Positions 11,301 to 25,508 of a stretch of 55,335 nucleotides of DNA are shown piece by piece. A program made the translations under genes and the position numbers. Origin of the DNA: Ministeria vibrans ATCC 50519 (lineage: Eukaryota > Protista > Filasterea); contig CALSCP010001769.1 of assembly GCA_943704425.1 (NCBI GenBank), positions 1 through 55,335 on the forward strand, read 5' to 3'. The notes below the pieces were generated by a model. That model saw only the letters and a program-made list of their open reading frames with translations, was not told the origin of the DNA and did no database searches. Within the stretch, counting starts at the first letter, position 1. Each line of letters opens with the position of its first letter.

Positions 11301-14300
11301 CTGCGACCGCCGTAGAGAGCCGCTGATCCCGCCACGGTCACGTTGCTCGTCTGTTGTGTCTGCAAGTGCACAGCACACGCCGAACCGTTGAGAGCAAAGG
11401 TGCTGTCGAGCGTCGGGTTGATAAGATCAATAAGAGCACAACGGCTGAGTGTCGCACGTGCACTGCCGTAAATGACACGCGTCGGTGTCACGGCCACCGT
11501 GCCGCCCGCTCCCAATGTCGCCTGGTACGACGAAAGCCACAGCTGAAAGGTCACAAGATCCGAAGCAGGCACCTTGATGGGCACAGTTGCATTGATCGAC
11601 TGGAACACAAGCGGACCCGGTTCGGGACCGGACGCACTAATGGAGGCCGGCAGCGCGTCGGCCGGTATGCGAGTCGAACTCGCGGGGTCGGTAGGACCCT
11701 TATTGCCGTATGCCGACAAAACGAGCCCCTGAGGTGTCTGCTGGGCGCGCAGGACATAGCCAGAGGAAGACGCAGAGTAGAGGGTGGCTGGGCTCGCAGA
11801 GAGATGACGTAATTTTCCAAGTTCAAAACAACCCTGGCGATTGGCAGGCGCATCAACCACGGTCGCCGGCCACGTTTGGTGGTAGACGGTCGCGTGGATT
11901 TTAATGTCGACAATCTTCCAGCAGTACTTGTGCCAGGGCAACGGAATGCACGCCTCAATGCCAAGCTCAAACATACACGTGAGAATCAGTCGCTTGTCAA
12001 GCGTCTCGAAAAATTGCCCCGACTTGACCAGGCTCCACCAGATTTGCGAAAAGTAAATGAGGCCGTTTTGATTGAGGTCGGGCCAGCCGAGCGAGAGGGT
12101 CGCGGTAAGGGAGACGGAGGAAAAACCATCAAAGATATAGACGCCCACCGAAACTCCGCCGCCAAGGGTCACCGAGCCACTCAGTACCCACACTTTGGCG
12201 TGCGTGACTGGATCAATGGTAGGCAACGCCAGGCCCGAGATAAGATCGCCGAGATCATGCGAGTGAAATGTGTTAAAAAGCGCACTAGCCGGCAGAATAA
12301 CCTGCCGCAAGTTGATGGTGGCACTCGCTCCAAAAGCAATAAGAATGTCCACCTGCGGAAAGCCCCACACCTCGATGGGAAAGGCAATGCCCGCCGACAG
12401 AACCAGTCTGGGCACATTGAGAGCGATCACCGCCTCGTCACGACGCAAAAAGAAATTCACGAGGGTGCGCGGGATGTCATGGAAGATGGGAAAGGAGAGA
12501 CCCCAAGTGCCGCGTGTGCTGGCACCCACGTACTTCCACGTCTCGTTAATGGCATGCTGCTGGTCCGTCGGGAGCTGCGGTCCGCTCTTGAAGTCCGGTG
12601 GTGTGTTCCAATTGAATGGCAGCTGCGTGCCAATAAAGTCGGGGGCGGGATCGATTTGACGGAAGTCAATGGAGAAGTTGGCGTTGGCAGGTACGCGACC
12701 GGCACAACCGGCGACCGGTTTGGAAGGATAGGCAATGTGTTCGAGCATCTTTTCAACTTGAATAATGTCCGACATGAACTGAATGGCCTCGTTGACTCCC
12801 TCAAAGGTGCACTTGGGACAGTAGTGCTTGATGATGTGCTCGATGACTTGCAGCAGATTCATGCGCTGAAAGAAGATGTACTCGGCAATGGGCACGTTTC
12901 GCAGGAGAAGTCCGTCAGGTCCAATAAACTCGGCGAGCGGATCCAGAATGGGCTTGACGGCCTTGAGCACTTGACGAATCATACGCAGCACGATCGTACC
13001 GGTGCACAGAGACACGTCAGTCATGTTGATGTCTGGTGTGAAATCAAAGGTGGCCAGGTCAAACTTGGCTCCGAGCGACAAACCCACGTAGTAGTGGGGC
13101 ATGGCCAGGAGGTCGTTGACGCCAAAGATGCCAACGGGGCCCAGCTCGAGCGAGCCCTGCAGCGACACATCGATGGCCGCGCTCCCGTGCATCTTGCTAG
13201 CGGGCGGCGTGGGTGGATCCATGATATCAAGTAATGACGTGTAAACACGAGAAGAAGGAGGAGGAGAAGGAAGGAACGGCGGAGATGCCACGACGACGAC
13301 GACGGAGAAGCCACCTTTCACATGACCCGTAGCAATGACTTCGGCACCCAACGGACCAACATGGCCGCTCAACGTGCACGGCTGCTCGTCGTCGTAGCTG
13401 CGTCGCTGGCTAGGCACGTCATGGATGTCGAGGGCCACGTTGGCACTGACGACGGTAGAGTCAAGGGGGAAGCGGAAGAGCAGACCGTCCTTCTTGGACC
13501 ACACAATCTCAAAGTTGAGTTCCCAGTCAACGCTCAGCGTCTCCTTGCATCGACTGTCGAGAGTGAGCGAGGCGAGACCGTGCGAGCCAAGGGCAAAACC
13601 CAAACTGGCAAGGGTCCGGCCGTCTGCCTTGCCAAGGTGCGCAGGCCACACGTACTCCTTGACATCAACGCCGGTCGTGGGCACTTGCAGGGGCTCCACC
13701 TTGTATGGCAAAATGTCGTTGAGGACTTGCGTGAAGAGGAAGACTGCCTCGAGCTCGATAAGTTCCGCATTCTGGTGAATTGTGTTGTTGCGCTCGATGG
13801 TGAGGGTCATGTTGGCAAGACGACGCTGGAACTCCATCATGCGACTAGGCGTGATCATGTCGTGAAGACGCTCGATAAGGAGGTACTGCGCGGCCGTCTC
13901 GATGAGAGGCACAACGAGGTTCTCAAGAGCCCCGTCCGTCCCAAAGAAGTTACCGTCAAGCGCGAGAACAGCGCCTTCAAACTGCTGGATGACGCGGAAG
14001 GCATCTTGGGCATACTCAAAGAGCGACGATTGTTCGAGTGCCGCCTCAAGGAGATCCTCGAGTGGTTGTGCGCTGTTCTTGTAGCGACAGTCGACATAGT
14101 CAATGGCGGGCACGCAGCCGCGTAGGAACTGGTCAACGTGTTGAATGGTGAGATCAAAGACACAGCGAGTGTCGAGCAAATTAATGGTGGCGCCAAGAAA
14201 GGCGGAGCCACTCACGCTCATGTCAGAGGGGCGCCCGTCACTTTCAAAGTGCACAATGGCCATCATGGGCACGGTGGGAGTGCCCAGGTAAGCATTGAGG

Positions 14301-17300
14301 CCGCCGAGTTCGACGCTAAGCGGCCCAAACCACGCTTGGACGGTGCCGTCAAGAGAGAAATCAAGCGACGCCGACAGGTTGGTGCCGGGACCGAGCGAGA
14401 TGGCGAATCCATCGTGAGCAAAGTCGATGACGAGCTCGAGGTAAGCGGACACCTCGGTCTGCAGCACAATGCCCGTGTTCGTGCCCACGCCAATGGGAAT
14501 CTTTGTCGCGGTGGAACCCAGCAGGGTGGACGTGTCAAAGGCAAACGAGTCGCTGTAGTCGTAGTGCCGATCAAGCACACGAATATCAATGGCGAGCTGC
14601 GTGCCCTCGACGGTACGACTGTGGCATACGCTGGAGTTGAAGATCGCCTCGGCAGCCGCACAGAACATCTCCATGGTGAGGGGCTCGGTGGAGTTGCCCT
14701 GTTGGCAAATGGACACGGCCAAGTGACGCAAAAAGGAGGCGACGCGCTGTTCAAAGATGCTCGCAACGCTCTGGTGATGCACAAAGGGCAGTGAGGTGCC
14801 GCCACCCTTGGACTGAGCGATGCGCTCGATGGCGTCAATGGCCAGGTTGGTTGCGTCGCACATGGCTGAACCGTTGACCGCCATAAGCTGTTCGATGGTA
14901 TCGACGACATCTGAGTGGCCGTGAAAGTGCGGGTAGAAGTGGAGGCCTTGGGCGGTCGCATTGAATTCGCCTTCATTGGCAATGTTTGGCCAGTGACCTT
15001 CCATAACAAACGAGCCACCAAACTCGTACAGGTCAGCGGGCGGCAACAGCGGCAGAGAAACATCAACTTCGATGTGACTCAGCGTAAAGTTAGCGTCGAG
15101 GTCAAGGTCCACCTCAAAGGTCGGGAAGAACTTGCGGATGTCGCTGGCGGACGAGAAGAATTCGTGAACGGTGACGTTGGGCGAGGCGAGTGCAAGCGAG
15201 AAAGAGCCTGAAGCGCGCGCACCCACAAAGACACTGGACGCTTTCACAATGCCCAGGTGTCCCGAGGCTTCGCCAATGGACGCCTCGGCGCTCGCGCCAA
15301 ACTGCAGTTGGGCATCGCCCACGAGCATAAAGGTGGTGGCATGATGATCGCTGGCGTTGCCCAGCGCCGCCACGGACGAATTTCCGATAGAGAGCGCCAA
15401 GGGCACGAGGAGGTCGCCCTGGTACAGGGTTGTCGTGGTGTTCAACACAAGCTCCTCGTAGCGCAGAATAAGACGACCGGCGTGACGCTGGGGATTGATG
15501 GTGAAAAGCATGGGCGCCATACACACGGCGGGCAGCTGAGCACGGAGTGCCTCTTTGAGAGCGTCTACCAAGTTGAGGCCCGGCTTGAGCACAATGGGCA
15601 AGTTTAAGCACTCGTCGACGGGCACAGAAGCACGCGTGATATTCGAGCGACGGTCGAGTTTCAACGAAAAGATAAAAGTGTTGTTGAGCGGCTCGACAAG
15701 CACACTGGAGACGTTGCGTGGCACCGGCAGACCGGAGGCGCTCGTGGATACGGAGGCGCTCGGGCCCTGAGGCATCGCGTTGAAAAGTTGTGCAAGGCGC
15801 AGCTGGCCGTGATAGTGGAAAGCAACGTGTGCCTCAGCGTCGACGAGGTTGAACTGAGCGCGCTCGCCGAGCGCGCTGAACGATTCGACGACAGGCTGGC
15901 CACCGTGCACCTCGGCGTGGTCCACGTGAAAGGCAAATTCGACAGCGGGTAGGTGAGTGGGAAAGAAAGCGCGGTAGGTGGCAGGCACGGCGGCAGACAC
16001 CGAGTCGGTTGCGTACAGTTTGAGGTGGGGCAAGACGAAGGGCGCAGCGTGCGGAAACATGTGGTGGAGAGCCCACTGGATGTCGGCCCAGGTGGCGGCG
16101 AGAGCCACTGGCTTTTGAGCCCAGCTAGCGCTGAGGGTCAAGTTTGACGACGGTGGTTGTGTGGCGATGGTGGCGGCAGTGACAATGCCTGGTGTGGCTG
16201 GTCGCAGTTCGATGCGTCCGCAGTCGGGTGTGACTGGATCGTTGAGGAGCGCCACCACACGAAGGTAGGTGCCAACGCGGCTGCACGCGGGGTCGGCAAG
16301 AGCCGTCTGTAGGTGTGCCGCAACCATCTCGAGATTGTTGAGGGAGGAGGAAAGCGCAAGGCTACAGTTGAACTTGACGCCATTGACTGTGCCGGCAATG
16401 GAGCGGAGAGATGGAGCAAGGGAGGCGCAAGCGACAGGTGACCGCACGACGGCCGTCTGTGCCTCAAAAGGAAAGGTGAGCAGACGTGTGAGACGCGCGA
16501 CAGTCGCTTCAATGTTGGTGATGGCACCGATGCTCTCCTGCGTGATTTGCAATCCCAAATTGAGTTTGTCGTGCAGGAACTCGGAGATGCTTTGAAGAAC
16601 ATTGGAGAAGTCTTGGGCGACTTTGACGGGATCAACGCGGGCGGTCGATGACGATGTGAGCTCAAAGCGATTGGAAGGGTCCGCCTGCTGCTGCGTATTA
16701 AACAGCTCGGTAGAGAGGACGGCAGTGTCGGTAGCACCGTCGTGTGTGGTGACGTCGAGTTCGACTTCGAGACGCGACGTGATGGGCACCTCAATGGCGA
16801 GCGTCAGGTTGCTGCGGACAACAACGCCCGAAAGCATGCCAGCATGGAATGCAACGGCAAAGTCACGCGAATGGGCCACGCCGCCAATGGAGGGAGGTTG
16901 GAGAGAGCGCGAGCCGTCGTAGTTGACGCGGAAGGTAATGGAGGCGGAGAGCAGCAGGTTGGAGAGGAGACGGTCGAGGGCGGCGACGTAGCGCCAAGTG
17001 GTCGAGGTGCTGGTGGCGATAAAGGTGGTGAGACGCTGAAGGGCGATGGTCACGCTGACACCGGTGTTGTCGACCGAGACGACCGCGTGCGAGGCGGCCT
17101 TGAGGTGTGCTGTTGTACGACGGATGGTGTCAAGAAAGTGGGAGCGCAGGGCAAAGGCAGAGAGGGGAGCGGCCGCAGGAAGGGCCTTGACAGTGTTGGC
17201 GAGTGCAATGGCAATGTCGTTGAAGTGCAGACGGTGGCTCTCGTCCAGGGCACACAGATCGAGGTTGGTCGATTCGTAGGTGGCAAACTGATTGCAGAAG

Positions 17301-19559
17301 CGCACGAGGTCGCCACGGAGCAACGAGAGGCTGTTGGCGAGCATCAAAAGAGCAACGTCCACATTTTGAAGGAGAGCGTTGGATGGGCCGAGAGAAAATG
17401 GGCCAGGGGCGATGCCAGCGTTGACAAGGGCGGGCGTGGCAAAGGCCACAAGGGAGGTGGGAGCAAGGAGAGCGGGGTGAGAGCTGTTGAAGTGGACGGT
17501 AAAGTTTGCGGCAGAGGCCATAGTGGATGGTGTGGCATCGAGGGCGTAAGCGTAAAGGGTGGCACCAGCAAAAGAGGTGGGCATGCTCGGGGTGACGTGC
17601 CACCGGGCGTCGAAGAGAGGCACCAGACTGATGTTGGAGACAACCAGGACGGCGGTGAGGGAGCCGTTGAATTGGGCCGAGACGGGCTGAGAGGCGGTGG
17701 TGAGAGTGGGCATGGTGAGGTTGCGTGCAGTGGAGGGGAAGGCGGAGTGGACTGCGGCGGCGAGTTGCGCCAAGGCACTGTTGGCGAGGGAAACAGGGGC
17801 GGCTGTGGCACGAGACGGGGTGAAGGCCGAGAGAGAGACGTCAACAACCAGTTGGTCCAAGTGAGGCACGAGGGAAAGTTTGAAGGACGACTGCTGGGTG
17901 TCGATGAAGGTGAGCAGGTTGACGAAGGAAGGGCGTGTGGTAGTGAGGTCGTAGGCGGTGGTGAGGGAGGCAGCGGAGGCGGGGGAGAGGAGGGTCGCCA
18001 GAGCACTGTTGAGGTCGGGTTGAGACGTGGTCAGGGTGGTGTAGAGAGCCTGAAAGAGATTACTCAGGGGTTTCGTGAAGGAGGCCGAGGCGGACGCGAC
18101 CACAGTGTCTTGGATGAGCACGCCGCCGTAGCCACTGGCAAAGAGGTCGCGGTTGACGAGTGTGTGAGTGGCGCCCGTGTAGCCTGTGAGACGACCACGG
18201 CCAACGGGACGCACTGACTGAATCATGGGAGTCGTGGTGGCAAGGTGGGAGTCATTGAAGAAGAGCGCGGTGGGCCAGAGGGTGTCGTTGCCGACGACGA
18301 GCGAGTCGAAGGCGACGTTGACGAAGCGGTGGGTGTCGTTGGCACAGGCAAATAGGGCATAAGCACTGGTGGTGTGCACGCGCGGCAAGACGACGTCTGG
18401 GTGGAGAGCAGTCGCGAGGGAGAGGGTAGAGCGAAGAAAGTTGAGGCGCGGTTGAAGACACTCCCCTCCTTCCACTATTTGGGTGAGGGCCGTGAGGATG
18501 TCGGAGGGACAATTGTTTGAGCAGGTGTTGCGCGACTGAACAATGGCAACGTTGGGCACAATTTGATTTGTGGCACGACGCAGACCGACGGTGAGGGTGT
18601 TTGCGTTGGTACAAGGGGCCGGGGTGCGTGCGATGCCGCGAAAGGTCGTCGCGGCCAAGCCGGACGGGGTGAGAGCCGGTGAGTTTGCAAGCAGCGCCAA
18701 GTTGGTCGTGTTGATGGCAACAATGTCAAGGAGAGCAAGAGTACTGGGCGAGGTGGACGCGGCGCGCGGTCCAATTAGGACGTAGGCGGGAGCGCCGTCA
18801 AAGAGGCTGGCCAAGTCGGAGACGCGAATGTTGCTCGAGGTGTCGCCGCAGTCGCTGTTGAGAGTGCCCTGCCAAGGAAGCGACGCAAGCGCGTCGGCCA
18901 TGGTGGCAGGATACGCGCCCGGGGCACTTTTGGAGAGTTGGCCACAGATGGGCAAGTGAAGTGGTGGCGACGAGTCGACTTGGACGGTCAGAGACGCATT
19001 AAAGGAGACGGAGAGAGTTGAGGAGGAAACGGTCGCGTTTGCGCCGAGGGTCACGGTCGCCGTGCGTCGGATGGTGAAGGCATCGACAGAGTGCACGAGG
19101 ACCCCGGCGGGTGTGAGAATGCCGTCTGCGCTGAAGGAGTGTGTTGGAAATGGAACATTTTGCGAGTCGTAACGAAACGACGAGACGTCGGTGGACGAGG
19201 CGCAGGCCTGGTGGACCCACGCGAGAGAGGAGAGTGCGTTGGAGTGTAGGCCATCGATGGTGAGTGGGAGAGGGCCTGGCAAAGGGGGAGAGAGGAAAAA
19301 TGGACGAAATGAAATAAATCAGATGACACTCTCTTAGCGACTGTTGGGCTGTCTTTGTCACGCGGTATCAACTCTTGCAAGTGTACAGTGTACACTCGTC
19401 GTGCATGCGTCGTTGGTGTTGGTGTGGATTCGTTCTTGTTTTTGAGTTACCGGCAAATCCTGTGAGAGCGATGCATGGGGGCGCAATGGCTGTGGTGGTG
19501 GTGGAGAGAAGAGCGAGGAGTACGGCAAGGGTGGGGAGGACGCTGGTGGCAGGGGTCAT
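8309..19559 (-). CDS. Giant secreted beta-rich protein (~3,690 aa) with RTX-like Ca-binding turns and a C-terminal internal duplication
   Basis: Exon 1 (19559-19450) encodes signal peptide MTPATSVLPTLAVLLALLSTTTTA. A GT-AG intron (~19449-19276) joins in phase to an 11-kb exon (AG|PLPLT...). Motifs include GGDGNDIF, FDGDDTA, AGLGADTM, LAGDDAV, GTGSDTA, PDLNQNG. Confidence 0.85.
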
Positions 19560-19716
19560 GATCAGAACTGCAAAGGAGAAACTAATGAAAAAAAATATAA
19601 TAATTATGATAATTATTATTATAAGAATATTGGAAAATCCCAAACGCAAACTGTAATTCACGGGAGTTGGGTTTTTCTTTCTTTGCCTCGTGAGATCAAT
19701 TATTAGAGTGAATTAT

Positions 19717-21660
19717 TTATTTGGGTGTGAGTTTGAGCATCGCCGACTCATCATTGCCCAGATCAGCAAAGGAAATTGAGCCACTGGCAGTCCCAATGTC
19801 TTTGTGGGCCCACAGATCGCGCACATTGACTGGACCAGTGAATCCCTACGAGAAAGGTTGAGACAAGTTGTAACAGGAATTGCTGTTTTTTTTTTTGTCG
19901 CGCACCATTTGATTGAAACAATCAGAGTCACACACAATAGTCTGATTCTCCATTTTTGTCTGACGATTAAAAAAGACAACAGCAAAGGCACGGTCAACCA
20001 GAGGGCGCAACCACACCTCAACAGTGCCATTGCCGCGCACGCTCTGCACTGCCCGCCAGCCCTATTGTATAATGTGTATGAGAGAGAGAGAGATAGAGAG
20101 TGTGTGTGTGTGTTGAGCGCGTGTATGGACTGATTAAAGTTTATTACTTGACGTCCGAGTGGATCCTGATCAACAGCAATCACTGAACAAGAGAAGATTG
20201 AGAGTGTGTGAAAATAAGATAATAATCATGACATACTTTATTATGTGTGAGTGTGATTGTACCTTCGCGATTGAGATGAGTTTGAATGGCTGTTTCAGAC
20301 ATGTTTCGAGGATCGACACTGATGAGCAGCTTTGAGGCCATGATAGACCAAAGATTGAACTGTAAGAATAAAAAAGTGAGCTATGATGGGTGTGTGTGTG
20401 TATGTGTGTGTGTGTGTAACCTGAGACTTCCCTTGTGCGTCATTGAGGTTGTTTGCACCAACAAGAAGAAGACCAGGATCTAGTGAGAGGGAGATGAGTT
20501 GATAGGGTTCGGCTCACTGTAATGCGTTCATACCATTCCATCCACAACCATGGCCATCGTGATGAATATTGTCGCATCCCGAGTAGTTCATGAGTTGCGC
20601 ATTGACATCGACATTGACAAGAATGGCGGTCCAACCAGACCCATCGTCCTCAGCAATGCGCCATGCGTTGCCGTAAGAACGTCCATTTTCGGCCACCTGC
20701 AAAAAGTCATCTCAGACGCACACACACGCACACACACACGCACACACAATTACATACAACAATAATATAAATATAGATATAGTAGAGTCTTGATGTACCT
20801 CCTTTCCCGCGCCCCAGCACATGTTAAAGTAAATAGGGCGCCCTGTGGCGTTGAGAGCGTCGCGCATAAGAGCGAAGCGCTGCAAGGGCGACAGAGGGTC
20901 ATGTGGATCGTTGCATGAGTCCTCCTTAAGGTAGTCAATGCCCCACTCGGCGAATGTCTGTGCGTCCGTGCTTTCGTGGTCGAGAGAGCCCGGTCGAACA
21001 ACTCCTGTCGTGCGAGACGCACAAGTAGTTTTGCCGCGGTCAGTGTACCTTTTCAAAAAAAAAAAGAAGCGGAAGGTTTTGTTTTTGTGTTTTTGATTGA
21101 TCAAGGGAAAGGGAGAGAAGATGAAAGTAAGATGTACCATCCAAACTTGAATCCGTTGGAGTGAAGCCAGTCGGCGAGAGGGCGGACGCCGTTAGGAAAG
21201 GCCTGCTGGTCTGGGATGAGTCTGTTGTCTGCACCCCGGCCTTGCACGATGCAGTCGTCTACCGGAGAGGCCGGCATGGGGCACACGGAGAGTCAGGACA
21301 GCGTCAGACGCGCGCGCAAATGCCATTCTTTCGCATGAGACAAACAATGGTCGTACCCAAGTTGAAGTATGTGTATCCCGCCTCAAAGAACCCTTTCTCC
21401 TTGAGAAACGTCGCTGTGGCCTTCACCTCGTCCGCAAGAACAAAGTCTTTCTCCCACACGTAGTTGACGAGGTGCGAATGGAACGCATACCCTGAGAACA
21501 AGCGAAGAGACATCAATCATCATAATAATAACAATAATAATAATAATAATAATGGTTATTGCTTACACGAATTAAACCCCATGGCAGGACGAAGACCAAC
21601 GCCATTGTCAAGCGCGGCAACAAGCGTTGCCGAGAGGCTCACCATGATAATAAACTTCAT
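19717..21660 (-). CDS. Secreted alpha-galactosidase / alpha-N-acetylgalactosaminidase, glycoside hydrolase family 27, multi-exon
   Basis: Signal peptide then [103 protein letters not shown]. Confidence 0.95.
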
Positions 21661-22011
21661 AGTTTAAAATAATTGAACTGAAGCAAAATTGTTTACGAAT
21701 TGAATATTGATTCACAGATTGTTCACTTTCTCCGTTCTTGTTCCAAAACGTTTCCCCCTAGCGTACTACATACAGTCTCCAGCTAACTCTTTGCGAAAGC
21801 TCTTTCCCCCGCCCGCTATTGCGCAATGGTTCGCCTCAATTTATACCTCAATCACAAAATCGTCCAAATAACTTTCGTCCGATTTTCCGATCTTCTCTCA
21901 ATCCCAATCCCAATCTTTTTCGCAACCCCGCGTGCCCTCCCAGTACATGTGGATACGATCTTTACAACTATCACCTCCGGTGCAACCGCCTCTCACACAC
22001 ACACACACACA

Positions 22012-22042
<31 letters not shown>

Positions 22043-22083
22043 ATTTTTCTCTCTCTCTTCTCTGTTTCCTTCTCTCTTAGCAA

Positions 22084-25000
22084 ATGCGGTCTCTCCTCTT
22101 CTGGCTCTCGCTCACCGTCAGCCTCTTGACACTGCCAACGCCCGCATCAAGCGCGCTGCCCGTCGCGCCGCCGTCGTTTTGCTTTATGGCGGGTGCTGAT
22201 CTGGTGACACTGCGCTTTGACACGCCACAGGAGCTCAGGCCGGTGCAGCTGTCGCCCAACACGACGTTCGTGCTGAAGGGCCTTGGTGCAGCGTCGCACC
22301 TGGCCTTTACGGGCTCCGACAACCCCGAGGGTGTGTGCATTGTCATCGACATTGACGACTTTTCGCCGCAAGTGCAGCGCACTATCCTCATTACACCTGG
22401 CACGGCGCGCGACAGTGCCCTTGTGCTGTACCTCAACAGCGACGCGGCCGTGGCGAGTGGCAGTGCCATTGCTGTTCAGCAGGAGCAGGGTCTCGCGTAC
22501 GGCACCATTGGCATCGAGCGCTTTCTTGTGCAGGTGCAGGACGTCCCTAACATTGTCATCTTTGCAAACAACATTCCAACCACACATGTGGACCGGGGCA
22601 CGCCCACCGGCGCGGACCTCGTAGTGATTGGCGAGGGAGATGCTACAACCACTGTGACGTACAGCGATGACGTTGCTGCCACCGACTTTATGCTGGTGAA
22701 CGGTTCCTTTGACGCGTCCGCAACCTTTTTCGCGCAGTCCAATACGATTGTTGCAACCAGTCCCGCCTCCTCACTCTACTGCAACACCTCCCTTTCCACC
22801 TCGAACATCACCTACCTTGACGGCTGTGGTGTCCTAGCAGACGTGCCCCTCTCACCGGCACCACCTTTCTTCTCGGCAGTCGCCGACTGGCTCTCGTTGG
22901 ACATCTCGGGAGACCCCGACAAAAAGTGCTCGTTCTATACGAGTCGCGTTGGCAACGTGACGCTTGAGACGGCAGCACACGCAAACTTGGTGGTGCGGGG
23001 TCTTGGTTCTGCGAGAGCGGCCGGTGCGCTGGTCACGAGCGCCTCGCGCATTCTCATTGAGCCGTACGACTCACGAGAGCTTCTTCAAGCGGTGTTGATT
23101 GAGAATGCGGAGCTGTACGACTCGCAATCAAACTATCGTCTTGGTGTGATGGCCACCGGAGACGACACCGAGTCGGCCTCGGTGACACTGGTATCGTCAG
23201 GCTATGCAATCAACTCGACGGTGGCCATTGACTGTGATGCAGCACGTACGCGAGAGTCGTATCATGTTGCGTGGGTGCTGGCGACGACGGGTTTTACGTC
23301 GCTCAACGCGGGTATTGGTGTGTACGGTGGAGTGTGTTCGGTGCGCATTGCCGATAGTACGTTGCAAGTACCGTCGCGACCGGCACTCGTGCGTGTCTCA
23401 CAGCTCAGTGCGTACATCAATGTCACTGCGCCACCGCAGTGCCAGGCAGAGAACAGCACGGCGGCAGAACGGACGCGACAGGTGTCACTGTCGGCGAACG
23501 CCCTCTCGTTTGGCTTTAATCCAAATCAAACGCACTGTGTAGCGCACTCGTCGCTATCCTTTGCCAGTGAGACGCCCCTGCTTGTGCACTTTGACGACGG
23601 TGACAATGCACTGGTGCTTTTTGCCACGCTCGCGTCGCGCATCGCCAAACCGCACGTCTCCGCGTCCGCCCACGCCTCGATGAAACTGACCACGTCGCAT
23701 GCCGATGTGCCTCTGGTGCTGCTCACGTCGGTCACATGGAATGCACTGGAGCGCACTGTGGCGCCGGCAACGCACACGTCGGCACACGACTGTCTTGACA
23801 CCTCCACCGAGTGTACGGCGCGCAGTCTGTGCCGTCGTGCCGCCAACAAGGGCTACGCGTGTGCATCGCCCGAGGCGCACGACGACTGCCTACACAACGC
23901 ACTCATCGTCTATGCGTTTGTCACTGAGGGCATCTGCGAGCCCGCCGTGCTTACAACGTCGCCCCAGCTGCCACCGCCTACTGCACCTGTCGACTGCGCC
24001 AACAGCTACAGCGATCCCGTCGCGATCGCCTATGGTCTTCTTGTGCTTCTGTGCGCCGTACTCATTACCGTCTTTCGCAGCATTCTTACCGGCACCTCCG
24101 CCATTGGGTTTGCCCTTGTGCTCGGCACCCTTGGTCAACTGACACGACCCGGCGAGCCCACGGAACCCATTATGACCAATCTCATTGAGAGCTTCCATGA
24201 GATGGCCATTAATCTCAACCAGGCGTGGCAGTGCCCCTGGTCCTATCAGAGCACCTCGACGACCATGGCCATCTTTGCCCTTCTCATGCTTGCCTTTGCT
24301 CTTGCTTCCGCCATCACTCTCGCTCTCCACCTCTACGGCCAATCCCGCGCCAGCACCAACTTTTTTGCCGTCGCCAACGACATTACACTCGGTCTCTCCC
24401 TCGCCTGTGTCTTCACCGCTCTTTATGCCTTTGCCGTCCCTTTTCTCTGGCATGCCTCCATCGACCTTAATAATAGCACGAGCAGTGGCTCGTCCCTCCT
24501 CTCGCTTGACGTCATTGGCTTGCTTTCCTTGTTGCTTCTTTTTGTTGTTGTGGTGGTGCTAGTGAGGCAGTAAGATTAGCGTTTTCTTTTGTTTGTGTTA
24601 TTTTTTTGTTTGTTTTGTTTTTCTGTTTCCTATTAATTGAGTTCTAAATGTGTTTGAATCCTATTTTCCCTTTCACTTATTCCCCTCCCAAAATCGTAAT
24701 ACGAAGTATTGCTCACCCATTCATTACTCTCTTTTCTTTTCCTTTTTTTTTGCTCAGGGGCTCAATCTGGTACCAACGGAACCTGACACCGCCTGGCCAA
24801 GACCCGTCTCTGCTGCTGTGTCTGCGCTTTATTGCGAACAAGTGTCGCACGCGCTGGTGGTGTTGTTGCTGCCGATGGTGTGGGGGAGGCACTGCTGACT
24901 CGTATGAAGTCGCAGGGGGAAGTCAGCCGGTGGAGGACACGGGAGTGCACATGTATGCGAATGACAATGGTTGGTTGGCCGTTCTCTTTGCCGTGAGGAT

Positions 25001-25508
25001 TTTGTTTTTTGCTGGGTTGGCGGTGAGTCCGTCGCAGGGGGCGTCGTTGGCACTGCTGCTGCTTATTGCGCTGCTGCTGATGGTCGAGACGATGCTGTAT
25101 GAGCTGGTGGAGTATGAGGTGTACAAGCACCGCATTGCGTTGTTTGCGCTGCTCAATGTGTCGGTGCGCACTCGTCTGCTCTATGCACTGGTCATGTTTC
25201 TGCTGACTCTTGCAATGCTGGTCGCTCGCTATGCTGCCCCTGCGTCTGTGGCCGCACTGGTGTTCTGCATTCCACTGCTGCTAGTGTACTTTGTCAAGTT
25301 GCTCATTGAGATGGTCTTCTTTCTCATGTGTGCGTTCCCCCTGTGCAAGAAACCCATTGCGAACCGGCTGGTGCCCGACAACGCCCTCCCCAAGAACTAC
25401 TTTGCGACCCACGTCCTGTGCTACAGCGTGTCGGCGCCCCCCTTGTCCATTGCCGCCGATTCCGACGCTCGGCCCCTGCTCGATCCGGCCACCGTTTGCA
25501 CTGAATAG
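22084..25508 (+). CDS. Signal-peptide, large-ectodomain, multi-pass membrane protein (about 9-10 hydrophobic segments), two exons
   Basis: MRSLLFWLSLTVSLLTLPTPASS signal, ~640-aa ectodomain with a Cys-rich juxtamembrane part, then multiple TM-like segments. Intron ~24570-24757 links ORFs 22084..24573 and 24648..25508. Confidence 0.8.

Noticed and set aside
11876-18217. Long plus-strand ORFs (452 aa, 491 aa, etc.) antisense to the giant gene
   Set aside because: Shadow frames of a GC-rich coding strand with no domain-like content.
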